NCBI GenBank assembly: GCA_027858965.1
Contig: JAQIBS010000018.1
Coordinates: 18,550 to 82,549 of the forward strand
Source of the DNA: Kiritimatiellia bacterium
GTDB taxonomy: Bacteria; Verrucomicrobiota; Kiritimatiellia; RFP12; UBA1067
Reading direction: 5' to 3'
DNA: 64,000 nt
The position numbers were made by a program, and so were the translations under genes. The notes beneath the pieces were generated by a model. The model searched no databases. It was not told the origin of the DNA and saw only the letters and a program-made list of their open reading frames with translations. This document shows, one piece after another, positions 19,046 to 29,617 of the stretch. Position 1 is the stretch's first letter. Every line of letters begins with the position of its first letter.

Positions 19046-20101
19046 ATGAATAGTATGAAAATATCAATAGCGTTCGCGGTAGCTATAATGGTTGCAACGG
19101 TTCAGGCGGCTCCATGCGCTCCATACACGGTACAGGACTGTGAAGGCTATAACTCCTGGCCGATGATGCAGGCCGTCGGCCGACGGCTGGTGTGTACGTA
19201 CAGTCGTGGCACCGGACACAATATCAGCGAAGGCGTGCGAGGCGTCTTCGCGCGCACATCGGACGACAGCGGCAAAAGCTGGTCCCAGGAGGTCTGCGTG
19301 GCTGATGAATCGAATTACGGCGAAGTGACCATCGGCAAGGGACTGGATGAAGACGGTGCCATGCTGTTGTGGATACGCTGTTACGGTGGCCCTAGCAATC
19401 ATCATGATCTCTACCGCACTGTGGACGGAGTGAAATTTGAAAAAATATCCACGCCGTCACTGTCGCCACTGCCCATGCAGATAACCGATATTTTTCACGT
19501 CCCGGGCAGGGGTATGATGTCGCTTTGGTTTGCCGGTTCCTACGGCACCGCTTCCGATAAATCCTGGGGCACACTCGTCAGTGCGGACAACGGGTGCACC
19601 TGGACTCAGACGACTGTCGAGAAGGATCTCTCAAAGGCCGAGTGGCCCACCGAACAGTCCGCTGTGTATGTCGGCAACGGAAAGATACTGGGGCTTGCCC
19701 GTACGGAAATTTCAGGATCTTCCGGCGGTGTGCAGTTTCAGTTGACATCGACTGACAGTGGCTTGACCTGGAAGCGCGAGAGTACCAACATCTCCGATAT
19801 CATGTGTTCTACGCCGTCTCTGGTGTATGATGCGCAGAGCGGGCTTGTAAGCAACTATTATTTCGAGCGAGGCAAGGGACTGGTCAAGCGTCGTGTGAAC
19901 GCTTTGGCTGACATCTGGTCTGCACCGACCGCATGGGCGGACCCTGAAGTTGTAGGTGTTGGCAGTGAGCGACCGTGGGATACGGGCAACGTGAATGCCA
20001 CAGTGATAGGCCGTACACATTTTATCGCCTATTACTCAGGAACAAATCCCAACACCACTGTTTATGCGCTCCCGGTGCTTGCACCCGGACGGGGCAAGTG
20101 A
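19046..20101 (+). CDS. BNR/Asp-box sialidase-like beta-propeller protein, secreted
   Basis: Asp boxes SDDSGKSW, SADNGCTW, STDSGLTW; signal peptide. Confidence 0.8.
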   Translation: MNSMKISIAFAVAIMVATVQAAPCAPYTVQDCEGYNSWPMMQAVGRRLVCTYSRGTGHNISEGVRGVFARTSDDSGKSWSQEVCVADESNYGEVTIGKGLDEDGAMLLWIRCYGGPSNHHDLYRTVDGVKFEKISTPSLSPLPMQITDIFHVPGRGMMSLWFAGSYGTASDKSWGTLVSADNGCTWTQTTVEKDLSKAEWPTEQSAVYVGNGKILGLARTEISGSSGGVQFQLTSTDSGLTWKRESTNISDIMCSTPSLVYDAQSGLVSNYYFERGKGLVKRRVNALADIWSAPTAWADPEVVGVGSERPWDTGNVNATVIGRTHFIAYYSGTNPNTTVYALPVLAPGRGK

Positions 20102-20194
20102 CCGCGCAGAAAATCAGCTTGTGGCGTGTAGCTTGTAGTTTGTAGTTTACTCCGCATTTTGCTACCCGCTACAGAGTACAAGCATCCTGCAATA

Positions 20195-20250
20195 GTAAAG
20201 CAAGCATCCTGCTTGCCTCAATAATAAGCCAAGCAGGATGCTTGGGTTAC
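20195..20250. repeat. REP doublet (CAAGCATCCTGCTTG family)
   Basis: Near-identical to 4233-4288. Confidence 0.85.
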
Positions 20251-20543
20251 TTTTTAATATACTCATTTTCATGCCATTATTGATGGGTGTCATCTATTAT
20301 GAGTCAACCACTGCATAATTGTTGCTTCTGTTTTCAACCTTCAACACATATTATCAGATACGAGCCCGACGAGGCTCTGTAACCCCAACGGTTTGGCCTC
20401 TTTTCTATTCTTAGGTTTGACCCTAAAATGCATACTCTGTCTGATACAGATTTCAGGTGCACTAAATCGCAAAATGCGCCCATGTGCGCTGTACCTTAAA
20501 GATTATCCTTGTAGGAGAGGTGGGTAATCGATAAATTCATAAT

Positions 20544-22895
20544 ATGAAAAAATGTTTCAAAGGTTTATTGTTTGTTTTCACTTTGGCTCTGATTTTAAAT
20601 GCAGCCGCTCAAGGTAGTCTTGTCGCAGATGGCGATTTTGAAAGAGCTGATCTGAAAATCGGGCGTAGTCAGGATAAGGGGGGCTGGTCTGCCTTCAGTC
20701 ATGGAGACTCTGACGCCTGTGTAGTCATTGCTGCGGGGGAGGGACGCAATGGATCTCAGGGTGTACGTTATAAGCGAACAACAGCAGGCACTGACAATTT
20801 TCATCTTGATCAGATATTTTCCGTTGCACGCAATACAACATATGAAATCAGCGCATGGGTACGTACAGATGGACGGCTTAATCCTGTCTTATCTGTGATG
20901 ACGATGAAGTGGCGTGTTCTTGCAGAGCTGCCTTCTAATGCCAGTTCTGAATGGACCCGCGTGACGTTTCTCTTTAACTCATCTGAAAATGACAGTGTTC
21001 GCTTTGAATGGTTTCCAGGCTCACAAGGTTCTCTTTATCAGGGGATGCCCGGCACGAGTTGGCTGGATGATGTCAGTGTAAGGCAACTGGAATCTGTTCC
21101 AGCGGCGGTTCAGCGGGCACTTGATCTGTCGCGTTCACATATTAATGATGAGAAGGACATTACAAAAGTCCATGCCGGCTGTGTTGGTGATCCTTTGCCT
21201 TTGCGTCCTATCAGCTGCCGTGATGGAGTTCTGCTTTATCCTGATGGGAGCGAAGTCGCACTCTGGGGAGTGAATTTCCAAACGGCCCTGAGCTGGGAGT
21301 ATAACGGTCGCCTTAAGAAATGTAATATCCCGCTTGATGCCGATACTCTCAAGGAAATTACTGATAGAAATCTTGATGAGCTGGTACGCATGCAGGTCCG
21401 CATGATCCGTATGCATCTGCTTCCATCAGATTTCAGCGATGCTGAAGGAAATGTCTGCGACAGCGTGTTTCTTGATGTGCTTGACTATACTATAGCAGGT
21501 TGTCGTAAACGGGGTATCTATGTTTATCTGACATTGATTAATGAAATGAACGGTGTGTATTTAAAGGATTCGTTCATGGCCGGGCGTGATCGCCGTGAGT
21601 GGATTACAGATCCGGCACTGGTGAATAAGACGGAGCGATATGTGCGCTCGTTTCTTGATCGTAAAAACCGGTATACAGATGTGTCTTACAGCGAAGAGGT
21701 CGCGATAGCACTTTTTGAGATATCCAACGAGCCCGGCTATGTTGATTATAAAGAGCTCAGTTCTGATCCGCTGTTTGATTCGTACAATAAGGAATTCAAA
21801 AGCTGGTGCGAAGCTGAAAAACTGAGCGGTAATTTTCATCTTCACTATCGTGTGTTCCGTTATGAAAGAGTGCTTGCCTATATAAACCGTATGTGTGCTG
21901 TGATTAGAAGTACCGGTTCAAGCAAGCCTGTGGCATGGAATCTTAACTGGCCCCGTTTTGTACAGGACCATCAGGATGTATATCAGGCAGCTGCTGACAG
22001 CAATGCAGATGCCGTTTCGTTTTGTCTATACCCCGGTCAAAGTGATGTAAAGAATCCGTACTGGAAAAATCCGGAGGATTTGAGTTCAAAGAACTATCTT
22101 CCATTTCTTGATAGGAATGCCGCTGAGTATCACCGTTTGCGCTGGACGTTGAGCAAACAGTTTGCCGGAAAGGCAAAACTTGTTTATGAATATGAGACTT
22201 TTTTTAATCAATCATCATATCTCTATCCGGCTATGGCGCGGCTATTTCGCTCTCTTGGGGTACAGGCTGCCAACATGTGGACCTATTCTCTGACACCGGC
22301 GGCGGAGCATATGAGCGGACCGCATCTTCTTAATCTTTACTGTACCCCTGAAAAGGCGGTCAGTTTTACGATTGCCGGCGAGTTGTTTGCGCATACTCAG
22401 CGTTGCTTGCCCTTTGGTTATGCCGGAGAAGATAATCGTATTTTTGAAAGCTGTGCTGTTTCGTTCACAAACAATGTCAGCCTGTTTCAAGCCGGGGATG
22501 TTTATATGCAGTCCCGTGCATCAAGTTGGTCTCCGTTTGCGCCTGATCTCAGTGCTCAGCATGTGATTGCCTGCGGAAGCTCACCGCAGGTCACCTATAC
22601 CGGCAGCGGTGCCTATTATGTTGATATCAACGATTCCGCTATTGAAATAGAGATCAATCCTGATTCTGAGTTTGTGCAGGCTCATTGGAATACCCGACGC
22701 AAGGGATACCCGGCAAAAGTCTGTCGGCTTGATTCAACAAAATCGCATCGTTTTGTTTTACATCATCCAGAGTGGCAGAGTGGTATCCGCATACTGCGTG
22801 TGGAAAAGGGTGTCTCGACGTCTGTTAATTTAATCAACGGTAAAGCAGAGTTTATTGCGCAACCTGGTCATTACAGGATTGAGAAGTTGAATTAG
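20544..22895 (+). CDS. Secreted CBM4/9-like + GH5-like (clan GH-A) glycoside hydrolase
   Basis: N-terminal DGDFE...YEISAWVR...WLDDVSV CBM pattern; LWGVN, EISNEP acid/base, VYEYE nucleophile. Confidence 0.75.
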   Translation: MKKCFKGLLFVFTLALILNAAAQGSLVADGDFERADLKIGRSQDKGGWSAFSHGDSDACVVIAAGEGRNGSQGVRYKRTTAGTDNFHLDQIFSVARNTTYEISAWVRTDGRLNPVLSVMTMKWRVLAELPSNASSEWTRVTFLFNSSENDSVRFEWFPGSQGSLYQGMPGTSWLDDVSVRQLESVPAAVQRALDLSRSHINDEKDITKVHAGCVGDPLPLRPISCRDGVLLYPDGSEVALWGVNFQTALSWEYNGRLKKCNIPLDADTLKEITDRNLDELVRMQVRMIRMHLLPSDFSDAEGNVCDSVFLDVLDYTIAGCRKRGIYVYLTLINEMNGVYLKDSFMAGRDRREWITDPALVNKTERYVRSFLDRKNRYTDVSYSEEVAIALFEISNEPGYVDYKELSSDPLFDSYNKEFKSWCEAEKLSGNFHLHYRVFRYERVLAYINRMCAVIRSTGSSKPVAWNLNWPRFVQDHQDVYQAAADSNADAVSFCLYPGQSDVKNPYWKNPEDLSSKNYLPFLDRNAAEYHRLRWTLSKQFAGKAKLVYEYETFFNQSSYLYPAMARLFRSLGVQAANMWTYSLTPAAEHMSGPHLLNLYCTPEKAVSFTIAGELFAHTQRCLPFGYAGEDNRIFESCAVSFTNNVSLFQAGDVYMQSRASSWSPFAPDLSAQHVIACGSSPQVTYTGSGAYYVDINDSAIEIEINPDSEFVQAHWNTRRKGYPAKVCRLDSTKSHRFVLHHPEWQSGIRILRVEKGVSTSVNLINGKAEFIAQPGHYRIEKLN

Positions 22896-22910
22896 AAACA
22901 GGTATACTGC

Positions 22911-22942
22911 TTAGGCTGTTAGGCTGTTAGGCTGTTAGGCTA
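22911..22942. repeat. Octamer tandem repeat (TTAGGCTG)x4
   Basis: Directly visible; the last unit is TTAGGCTA. Confidence 0.9.
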
Positions 22943-23009
22943 AATGCACATGATTTTATGTTTTAATAGGCAAAGGGGTATGCCGCAGCAATCAAGGGGG
23001 AGTATGTTT

Positions 23010-25592
23010 ATGAAATTTAAATTTGTTTTGTTAATAATGGTAGCTGCATTTATGCTGGGCTGTCACCTTGCTGTCGATAGCAATAAGCCTGTGGCAGTGC
23101 GAGTTCAGGATACTGCGGGTGGTCCCAGGATTCACGTTGATGGACAACCAATCCCTCCACGTTTTTTTGCCGGGTTTCTAGGTGGTTCACACCGGACAGA
23201 TAAAGAGTGGCGCGAGGTTTCGTTTGATTTTTCTCCGGCAGCAGTGGAGAAAATTCCGGGTGAGTATCGCATTCACATCCGTTTCAACGATGCCGCTGAT
23301 TTTCTGTTGAAAGACATTTGCGTGACAGATCTGACACACAGTAAAGAGTGTCTCGTGAAAAACAGTTTTAATGCTGAGAAGAGCTATACAAAGGTATGGT
23401 CTACATATCAGGCGAAAAAAACGAAAAAAGCAGAGCCGACTGTGATAACCAAGTGGACACCGGAGGGAGTGAGCGTCAGTGTTCAGGGAGAGGTCTCCGG
23501 ATGGTGGCCTACTTACCAGCTGCGTACGGATAAAGGAGCTCTCAAACTGGAGCATGGCTCCCGCTATCAGTGTCGGTTTAAGATCCGTTCCTCTAAACGA
23601 GCCCTGGTTAATGTGATGGCGCAACAGATGATCGGTGGACGCTGGCAGCAGATCGGGCCTCCCTCAAGCGATATTTTTGATACTCAGTTGAAGATGGCAC
23701 GTGAAGCTGGAATCCGGCTCTGCCATGTTCAGATGCCAACCTGTTTTGAACCTCCGGAGAAACCACAGAACTGGGAAGCGCTGGATCAGTATTTTCAGCA
23801 TGTAATATCAGTGGTTCCGGATGCCTTGATTGTTCCGCGTATTTCTGCTGATGTTCCCTCATGGTGGATCAAACGATATCCCGGGGAGGCAATGGTATAT
23901 GAAGACGGCAGCCGCAGTCATAAAGCAACAGTAAACAGTCCCAGGTATCGTCAGGATATGTGTGCGCATTTTGAAAAACTCTGTCGCCATCTATGCGAAA
24001 CATTTCCGAAGAACTTTGCCGGCATTCTGCCGTTAGGTCAGGGCACCTACGAGTGGTACTACGAAAAGTCATTGGCAACATTGGTCAGTGGGTTTGATCC
24101 GGCCACAGAGACTGCCTGGCATAAGTGGCTCAAAGCGCAGGGACGCAAGGATGCCTCATCCATACCTGTTCCCTCTGCAGCGTTGCGTCATGGGACACCT
24201 AATGGCATGCTGCGTGATCCAGGTTCCGAATCTGACTTGATTGATTTTGCCCGCTTCCGTCAGGAGCAGATGGCGGATATGGTCCTGGAACTGGCGGCAG
24301 CTTGTCGCCGCGGAACAGCCGGAAAGAAGATGGTTCTGTTTTTCTATGGTTATCTTTTTGAGATGGGTATGTGTAAAAATGGAGCTTATGATACTGGTCA
24401 TTATGCGCTCTCGCGTGTGCTGGCAAGTGATGATATTGATATTCTCTGTGCTCCCTTGAGTTACACCGGACGGGCATGGGGCAGTTCATCAGCCAGCATG
24501 ACGGCAACCGAGAGTGTTCTTGCGGCTGGCAAACTGTGGCTTAATGAGGATGATTGTCGCACGTATCTGGCCGGCACAAGTTCGCTGGGTGGAGTCGATA
24601 CTCTTGAGAAGTCTATTGATATTCTGCGTCGCAGTCGTGGTCAGGCTTTGATCCGGGGCTTTGCTGACTGGTGGCTGGATATTCGTGATATGGGCTGGCA
24701 TGATGATCCTGCGATGTGGAAAATCCAGCACCAGATAAATCCTGCTGAGAAAATCAGATTGGCCAGTCGAAATCCTTACAGTTCTGAGATTGCCATGATT
24801 GTTGATGAAGACAGCATGGTGCACCTCTCAGGAAAGTCGAAAGCTCTGGCCATGCCGCTTGTGTATAAGTCCCGTGATGCCTTTGGCTGCAGCGGAGCTC
24901 CTTATTCACAACTGTTACTTGATGATATTGCCTCAGGCCGTATGACCCCGCCATTGCAGTTTTTTCTGGCAGCCTGGTCATTAACTGATAAACAACGGGA
25001 TATGTTGCATAAGAATCGCGGAAAAGGTGTGACGCGTGTATGGTGTCATGCTCCGGGGTATATCCGTTCGGGCGGGTTTTCAACCGAAGGCATCAGGGAT
25101 GTGACAGGCTTTAAGGTTGAAGCCGTTGATCTAGCCTCTGCTGTGGTCACTCCTACAGATGCGGGTAAGGCATTGGGGCTTATAGAGCCATGGGGACCTG
25201 CAACACGTATAACTCCGCTTTTTAAAGTTATTCCTGAAGCTGGAGATCGTGTGCTGGCCACTTACAGTGATGGGGCGGCGGCAATGGTCGTGAGAAGTTC
25301 ATCGAAAGGAACAGATGTTTATCTTGCAACCCCATGTGTGACCTCACCTCTGATCCGTGCCCTGGCACGTATGAGCGGAGTGCACCTGTTTACAGATGTG
25401 AATGCAGGTGTGTGGGCGAAGGGAGATCTGGCCAGTATTCATGTTATGGCGGATGGACCTCTTAAAGTTCACATGAAGCGTGCTGGCAGGGTCTGCGATC
25501 TATACAGCGGTCGGGTGTTCGGTGATGGGCTGGTTGTTGAAATTCCCTCCAGAAAAGGGGAGACGCTGCTGCTGCGTGTATTGAATGATTGA
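23010..25592 (+). CDS. Putative GH42-like beta-galactosidase-family lipoprotein
   Basis: Lipobox-like FMLGC; VPSWW, GTYEW, FFYGY, APLSY, NEDDCRT and trimerisation-domain-like LATYSDG motifs. Confidence 0.65.
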   Translation: MKFKFVLLIMVAAFMLGCHLAVDSNKPVAVRVQDTAGGPRIHVDGQPIPPRFFAGFLGGSHRTDKEWREVSFDFSPAAVEKIPGEYRIHIRFNDAADFLLKDICVTDLTHSKECLVKNSFNAEKSYTKVWSTYQAKKTKKAEPTVITKWTPEGVSVSVQGEVSGWWPTYQLRTDKGALKLEHGSRYQCRFKIRSSKRALVNVMAQQMIGGRWQQIGPPSSDIFDTQLKMAREAGIRLCHVQMPTCFEPPEKPQNWEALDQYFQHVISVVPDALIVPRISADVPSWWIKRYPGEAMVYEDGSRSHKATVNSPRYRQDMCAHFEKLCRHLCETFPKNFAGILPLGQGTYEWYYEKSLATLVSGFDPATETAWHKWLKAQGRKDASSIPVPSAALRHGTPNGMLRDPGSESDLIDFARFRQEQMADMVLELAAACRRGTAGKKMVLFFYGYLFEMGMCKNGAYDTGHYALSRVLASDDIDILCAPLSYTGRAWGSSSASMTATESVLAAGKLWLNEDDCRTYLAGTSSLGGVDTLEKSIDILRRSRGQALIRGFADWWLDIRDMGWHDDPAMWKIQHQINPAEKIRLASRNPYSSEIAMIVDEDSMVHLSGKSKALAMPLVYKSRDAFGCSGAPYSQLLLDDIASGRMTPPLQFFLAAWSLTDKQRDMLHKNRGKGVTRVWCHAPGYIRSGGFSTEGIRDVTGFKVEAVDLASAVVTPTDAGKALGLIEPWGPATRITPLFKVIPEAGDRVLATYSDGAAAMVVRSSSKGTDVYLATPCVTSPLIRALARMSGVHLFTDVNAGVWAKGDLASIHVMADGPLKVHMKRAGRVCDLYSGRVFGDGLVVEIPSRKGETLLLRVLND

Positions 25593-25619
25593 GCAAAACC
25601 CACGTTAGCCGCTATTCCC

Positions 25620-25698
25620 TCAACTTCTTGTTGTTTATGCACATCTATTCGCGGAGATTCGCGGTTAAAAAAATTAGTTGCGGTTCCGCTGCTTTAGG
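25620..25698 (-). mobile_element. Short member of the conserved-end / variable-core element family
   Basis: Reverse complement reads CCTAAAGCAGCGGAACCGCAACTAA...(CCGCGAAT)2...GTGCATAAACAACAAGAAGTTGA. Confidence 0.55.
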
Positions 25699-26911
25699 AC
25701 TTTACTCTGTAGGTTTTTCGGGCGTTACTCATTGTTTCATCAAAGGTTTTACGGACAAGTACGCTCAGGTGATTGCTGTTCGTAAATCCGCTGCGCTCGG
25801 CGATTTTCGCGAATGACAACTCTGTTTTAGTGACAAGATTGTAGATTGTTTTAGCTCTGACTCTGTGAATTTCTTTTACTGCAGATCTGCCAAGCTCCTG
25901 TGCAAAGCGTTTTTCCAGCCAGCGCTCTGATACCCCGACCTGTATAGCAACATCCGAGACTCGGATATTCAGTCCTGAGTTGATTCGTATGAATTCCAGA
26001 GCTTTGATGACAAGGCGGTCATTTACCTGTAATCGCTGTGAAGAGGCTCGGTGTATGATATTTTCCGGTTCATAGCGGACATGGGGTTCCTGCAGCTTTC
26101 CGCTATGCATTAGCTTATCAAGCATCTCTGCGGCCAAGTATCCGGCTTGCTCCATATTAACAGCAATGCTTGATAGCGGCGGCAGACTGGTTTCACAGAT
26201 AAGCACATCATTATTTACACCGAGTACCGCAATTTCATAAGGGACCGCTATATCAGCTGAAAGACATGCATTAAGCACCTGACGTCCACGAGAGTCGTTA
26301 GCCGCAAAAATCGCAATCGGTTTCGGAAGCTTCTTTAACCAGCAACACATCGCTCTTTTTTCTGATGACCAGTTTAAGATATCATCTATATCCGGCATTT
26401 CATAAACATCGCACGTAAAATTCCGCTCTGCCAGTTGTTTGATAAATGCCTGCTGACGCCAGCGTGACCAGTTGAACCCGTTCGGGTCGCCGACGTAACC
26501 GAAGTTTGTAAATCCCTGTGAGATCAGGTGGTTGACGGCCATAAGAGAAACAGCTTCTGAGTTACATTGAACACGCGGACATTTTGCCAGGGGGTGACTT
26601 TCGTCAAGATAACGGTTGAATGGATCAATCAGAATGGTGGGTAGTTTCGCCTGAATAATATCTTCAGCAGATTCAGAATTGGGAATGCGTGCAATAATGC
26701 CGTTACCTTTCCACTCTTTAATATCAGGCATGCGTTGGTCATTGGCTCCACCGGCAATCATATCCAGCGCCCATGGACCATAAACACGCACATATTCAAG
26801 AATGCCCCGCATCATCCCACGTGATATCCCGTGCGATGATTCCAGCAGAATAGCAACTTGCGGGATCTTTTTTCGCGTCTTTTTCTTTTTGACATTGTTT
26901 CTCTTTGCCAT
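25694..26911 (-). CDS. XylR-type transcriptional regulator (periplasmic-binding-protein-like domain + AraC HTH)
   Basis: Motifs WKGNGIIAR, LPKPIAIFAAND, VPYEIAVLGVNND, PPLSSI; C-terminal VSERWLEKRF...IAERSGF; start MAKRNN at 26911. Confidence 0.9.
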   Translation of the reverse strand: MAKRNNVKKKKTRKKIPQVAILLESSHGISRGMMRGILEYVRVYGPWALDMIAGGANDQRMPDIKEWKGNGIIARIPNSESAEDIIQAKLPTILIDPFNRYLDESHPLAKCPRVQCNSEAVSLMAVNHLISQGFTNFGYVGDPNGFNWSRWRQQAFIKQLAERNFTCDVYEMPDIDDILNWSSEKRAMCCWLKKLPKPIAIFAANDSRGRQVLNACLSADIAVPYEIAVLGVNNDVLICETSLPPLSSIAVNMEQAGYLAAEMLDKLMHSGKLQEPHVRYEPENIIHRASSQRLQVNDRLVIKALEFIRINSGLNIRVSDVAIQVGVSERWLEKRFAQELGRSAVKEIHRVRAKTIYNLVTKTELSFAKIAERSGFTNSNHLSVLVRKTFDETMSNARKTYRVKS

Positions 26912-26927
26912 GTTGTTACTATAAAGC

Positions 26928-26972
26928 ATGTAGTTCGGAAAATCTAACATATAATTCGTAAAATAGAGAATG
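26928..26972 (+). promoter_or_regulatory. Putative XylR-family operator (21-bp-period direct repeat), copy 1
   Basis: ATGTAGTTCGGAAAATCTAACATATAATTCGTAAAATAGAGAATG; near-identical copy at 29497-29541. Confidence 0.7.
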
Positions 26973-27168
26973 TGAATTATTCGGTTATATGAAATGATTA
27001 AAAGGTTGAAGGTTGAAGGGGCATCGTTGAATTTGTTCGGTATCGCTATCGGTATCGGCATCGGTATCGAATTTAATTCGATGGTTGCTGTGTCCGATAG
27101 CGATACCGAATGTAATTAAGATCCATGTTATAGGGACAGATGCAATATTAGATAGGAATGAAATTGAT

Positions 27169-29289
27169 ATGAGAACATTGATGAGCATGGTATTTTCGTA
27201 TGTCTGTTTAGTGGCTGTAGTGGGCGCAAATACGACAGAACTATATGTGTCCCCAACCGGTTTAGACAATAATCCCGGATCGCGGGACAAGCCTTTTGCC
27301 ACATTATCAAGGGCGCGTGATGCTGTAAGGGCTATGAAGCGTGGCAAGGGGCTTCCGCAGGATGGCGTGACTGTATGGCTGCGTGGTGGCGAATATTTCT
27401 TCAGCGGACCGCTGGAACTGAACTCTGCTGATTCCGGTGAGCCGGATAAACCCGTGATATATTCTGCATACAAGGATGAAGTACCGGTTCTTTCGGGGGG
27501 CCGTTGTATCAAGGGTTTGCATCCGGTGGGTGGGGGAATATGGGAGGTCTCTGTTCCTGAGGCGAAAGGCGGCGCCTGGATTTTCCGTACTCTGTATGTT
27601 AATGGCAGTCGCTATACTCTGGCACGGTCACCAAATAATAGTTTTTATGAAATGGAGGGGGCTCTTCCCGATGAAAACTCTCCTAAGGATGGTGCGGAAG
27701 CAGGTAAATCAAAGTCAGGTTTTAAAGTTCTTCCCGCTGTGTTAGGGCAATGGCCTGATAACAGTGGAATCAATGTTAAGTTGTGGGGACGCTGGTGGAC
27801 ATCACTGTTGATGGTGCGTTCGGTTGATCCATCTGGCGGAGCTGTGAAACTTTGCGGGGCGGATAAACAATATCTGCCATATCGACATCGCAAGAAGACT
27901 CCGTTTATCATTGAAAACCATCCCGGAGCACTTGATGTCTCCGGTGAGTGGCAGCTGGATCGTAATACAGGTGTGTTGAAGATTATTCCGCGTGCGGGTG
28001 ATGATCTTAGCTCTATGGAAGTGATTGCACCTGTGGCGGAAAGGTTGCTGGTGTTGAAGGGGGATGCTGCGACAGGATCTTATGTGAATCACGTGGTTTT
28101 TCGAGGAATCAGCTTTCGCTATACAAACTGGACCCTGACCCCGGATTTTACAGGAATGCAGGCCGATGCGGATGTGAGTGCTGTAATTGAGTGTTATGGG
28201 AGTCGGAACTGTCTGTTTGAAGGGTGTGAAGTGAGCCAGACAGATACATCCGCAATCTGGCTGCGGCGTGGCACCCGTGAGTGTACGGTACGGCAATGTC
28301 ATTTTTATGATCTGGGCGCAGGCGGCGTGAAACTCGGTGAAACACAGGCATATGCGCAAAGTGATCCGCTCTGTACCGGTGGTAATACTGTTGAAAACTG
28401 CTATATACATAATGCGGGTCATGTGCATGGCTCCGGCGGTACCGGCATCTGGATTGGTGCAAGTTCTGATAATACCGTCACACATAATGAGATCTGTGAT
28501 CTTTGGTATACCGGTATAGCCGTGGGATGGAGATGGAGTGCGGATCTTAATGGTACGCGTAATAACCGTATAACATACAATTATATCCATCATATTATGC
28601 AGCGTCTCTCTGATGGAGGGGGAATTTATACTCTCGGTTTTCAACCTCAGACGGTATTGGCTAATAATATCATTCACGACAGCGGCCGGGATGGAGGTCC
28701 ATCGCATTGTCGAGGCATCTATATGGATGAAGGTTCTGTCGGATTTCTGGTTGAAAACAACCTTGTATATGATACGCAGGATGCTGCCCTGCGGATGCAG
28801 ATCGGGACGGGTTGCAACGTTTTCATCAATAATATCCTGGCATATGCCCGTGAATATGCGGTTGATATGGATGTAGCAAGAACTTGTGTTTTTATTAATA
28901 ACATTGTTTATCTGGATCAAGGTCGTCTGTTTAAATTTCAGAAGTGGCCGCATTACGAAAAATACATCTCAAAGAATCTCTATTGGCGGACTGATGGTCA
29001 GCCATTTACGGTCATGGGTCAGTCCTGGGATGAGTGGCGCAAGCAGACGCAGGCACCTATGTCCTATTTTAAAGGCCAGACCATGGATCAAGGCTCATTG
29101 GTAACTGATCCGCAGTTTGTTGATGCGGAAAAACGCGATTTTCGTTTGAAAGCCGGCTCGAAAGCATTTGCTATCGGGTTTAAGCCGCTGGATCTGGCTG
29201 CTCCTGGTTTGATTGGTGATGAAAATTGGACAGCTCTGCCTTCACGAGAGCGGACTTTAATTTCGTTCGAAGAGGGAGTAGCAAGGTAA
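27169..29289 (+). CDS. Right-handed beta-helix glycoside hydrolase (GH141-like), secreted
   Basis: Motifs LYVSPTGLDNNPGSRDKPFATLSRARDAVR, VWLRGGEY, HNEICDLWYTGIAVGW, DGGGIYTLG, GIYMDEGS. Confidence 0.8.
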   Translation: MRTLMSMVFSYVCLVAVVGANTTELYVSPTGLDNNPGSRDKPFATLSRARDAVRAMKRGKGLPQDGVTVWLRGGEYFFSGPLELNSADSGEPDKPVIYSAYKDEVPVLSGGRCIKGLHPVGGGIWEVSVPEAKGGAWIFRTLYVNGSRYTLARSPNNSFYEMEGALPDENSPKDGAEAGKSKSGFKVLPAVLGQWPDNSGINVKLWGRWWTSLLMVRSVDPSGGAVKLCGADKQYLPYRHRKKTPFIIENHPGALDVSGEWQLDRNTGVLKIIPRAGDDLSSMEVIAPVAERLLVLKGDAATGSYVNHVVFRGISFRYTNWTLTPDFTGMQADADVSAVIECYGSRNCLFEGCEVSQTDTSAIWLRRGTRECTVRQCHFYDLGAGGVKLGETQAYAQSDPLCTGGNTVENCYIHNAGHVHGSGGTGIWIGASSDNTVTHNEICDLWYTGIAVGWRWSADLNGTRNNRITYNYIHHIMQRLSDGGGIYTLGFQPQTVLANNIIHDSGRDGGPSHCRGIYMDEGSVGFLVENNLVYDTQDAALRMQIGTGCNVFINNILAYAREYAVDMDVARTCVFINNIVYLDQGRLFKFQKWPHYEKYISKNLYWRTDGQPFTVMGQSWDEWRKQTQAPMSYFKGQTMDQGSLVTDPQFVDAEKRDFRLKAGSKAFAIGFKPLDLAAPGLIGDENWTALPSRERTLISFEEGVAR

Positions 29290-29318
29290 GTCATGCCTTT
29301 GCAAACCGACGCAATTGA

Positions 29319-29482
29319 CTAATGCGGGCTCTGCCCGCAACCCAATAAGAGAACTACGAAAGGCGCGAAAAACACGAAAATTGCTTTTGACGATAGGTCA
29401 TACGCAAAAAAAAGAATTCATTTTTTCGTGCTTTTCGTGTTTTTCGTAGTTAAAAAAACGTGCATAAATAACAAGAAGTTGA
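29319..29482 (+). mobile_element. Complete member of the conserved-end / variable-core element family
   Basis: Left end CTAATGCGGGCTCTGCCCGCAACCCAA; inverted 9-mer arms (CACGAAAAA vs TTTTCGTG); right end AAAAAAACGTGCATAAATAACAAGAAGTTGA. Confidence 0.6.
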
Positions 29483-29496
29483 TTTTATAGCAACTA

Positions 29497-29567
29497 ATGT
29501 AGTTCGGAAAATCTAACATATAGTTCGGAAAATAGAGAATGCGTCATTGGGTCTTTTCTGGGATAAT
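29497..29567 (+). promoter_or_regulatory. Putative XylR-family operator copy 2 plus an extended -10 (TGgGATAAT)
   Basis: ATGTAGTTCGGAAAATCTAACATATAGTTCGGAAAATAGAGAATG, then 20 bp to GATAAT. Confidence 0.7.
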
Positions 29568-29617
29568 AGAAACATATTCTAATTGTGTATTAGGAAAATA
29601 GAAAATGGAGCTATGTT

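Noticed and set aside
25555..25592. GETLLLRVLND as a seventh example of the C-terminal motif
   Set aside because: It does not fit the G-T-x-I-x-V-x-stop spacing and is probably the normal last strand of the GH domain.
27802..28953. Long antisense ORFs (also 34080-34988, 11649-12335 and others)
   Set aside because: They are shadows of well-supported genes on the opposite strand and carry no recognisable motifs.
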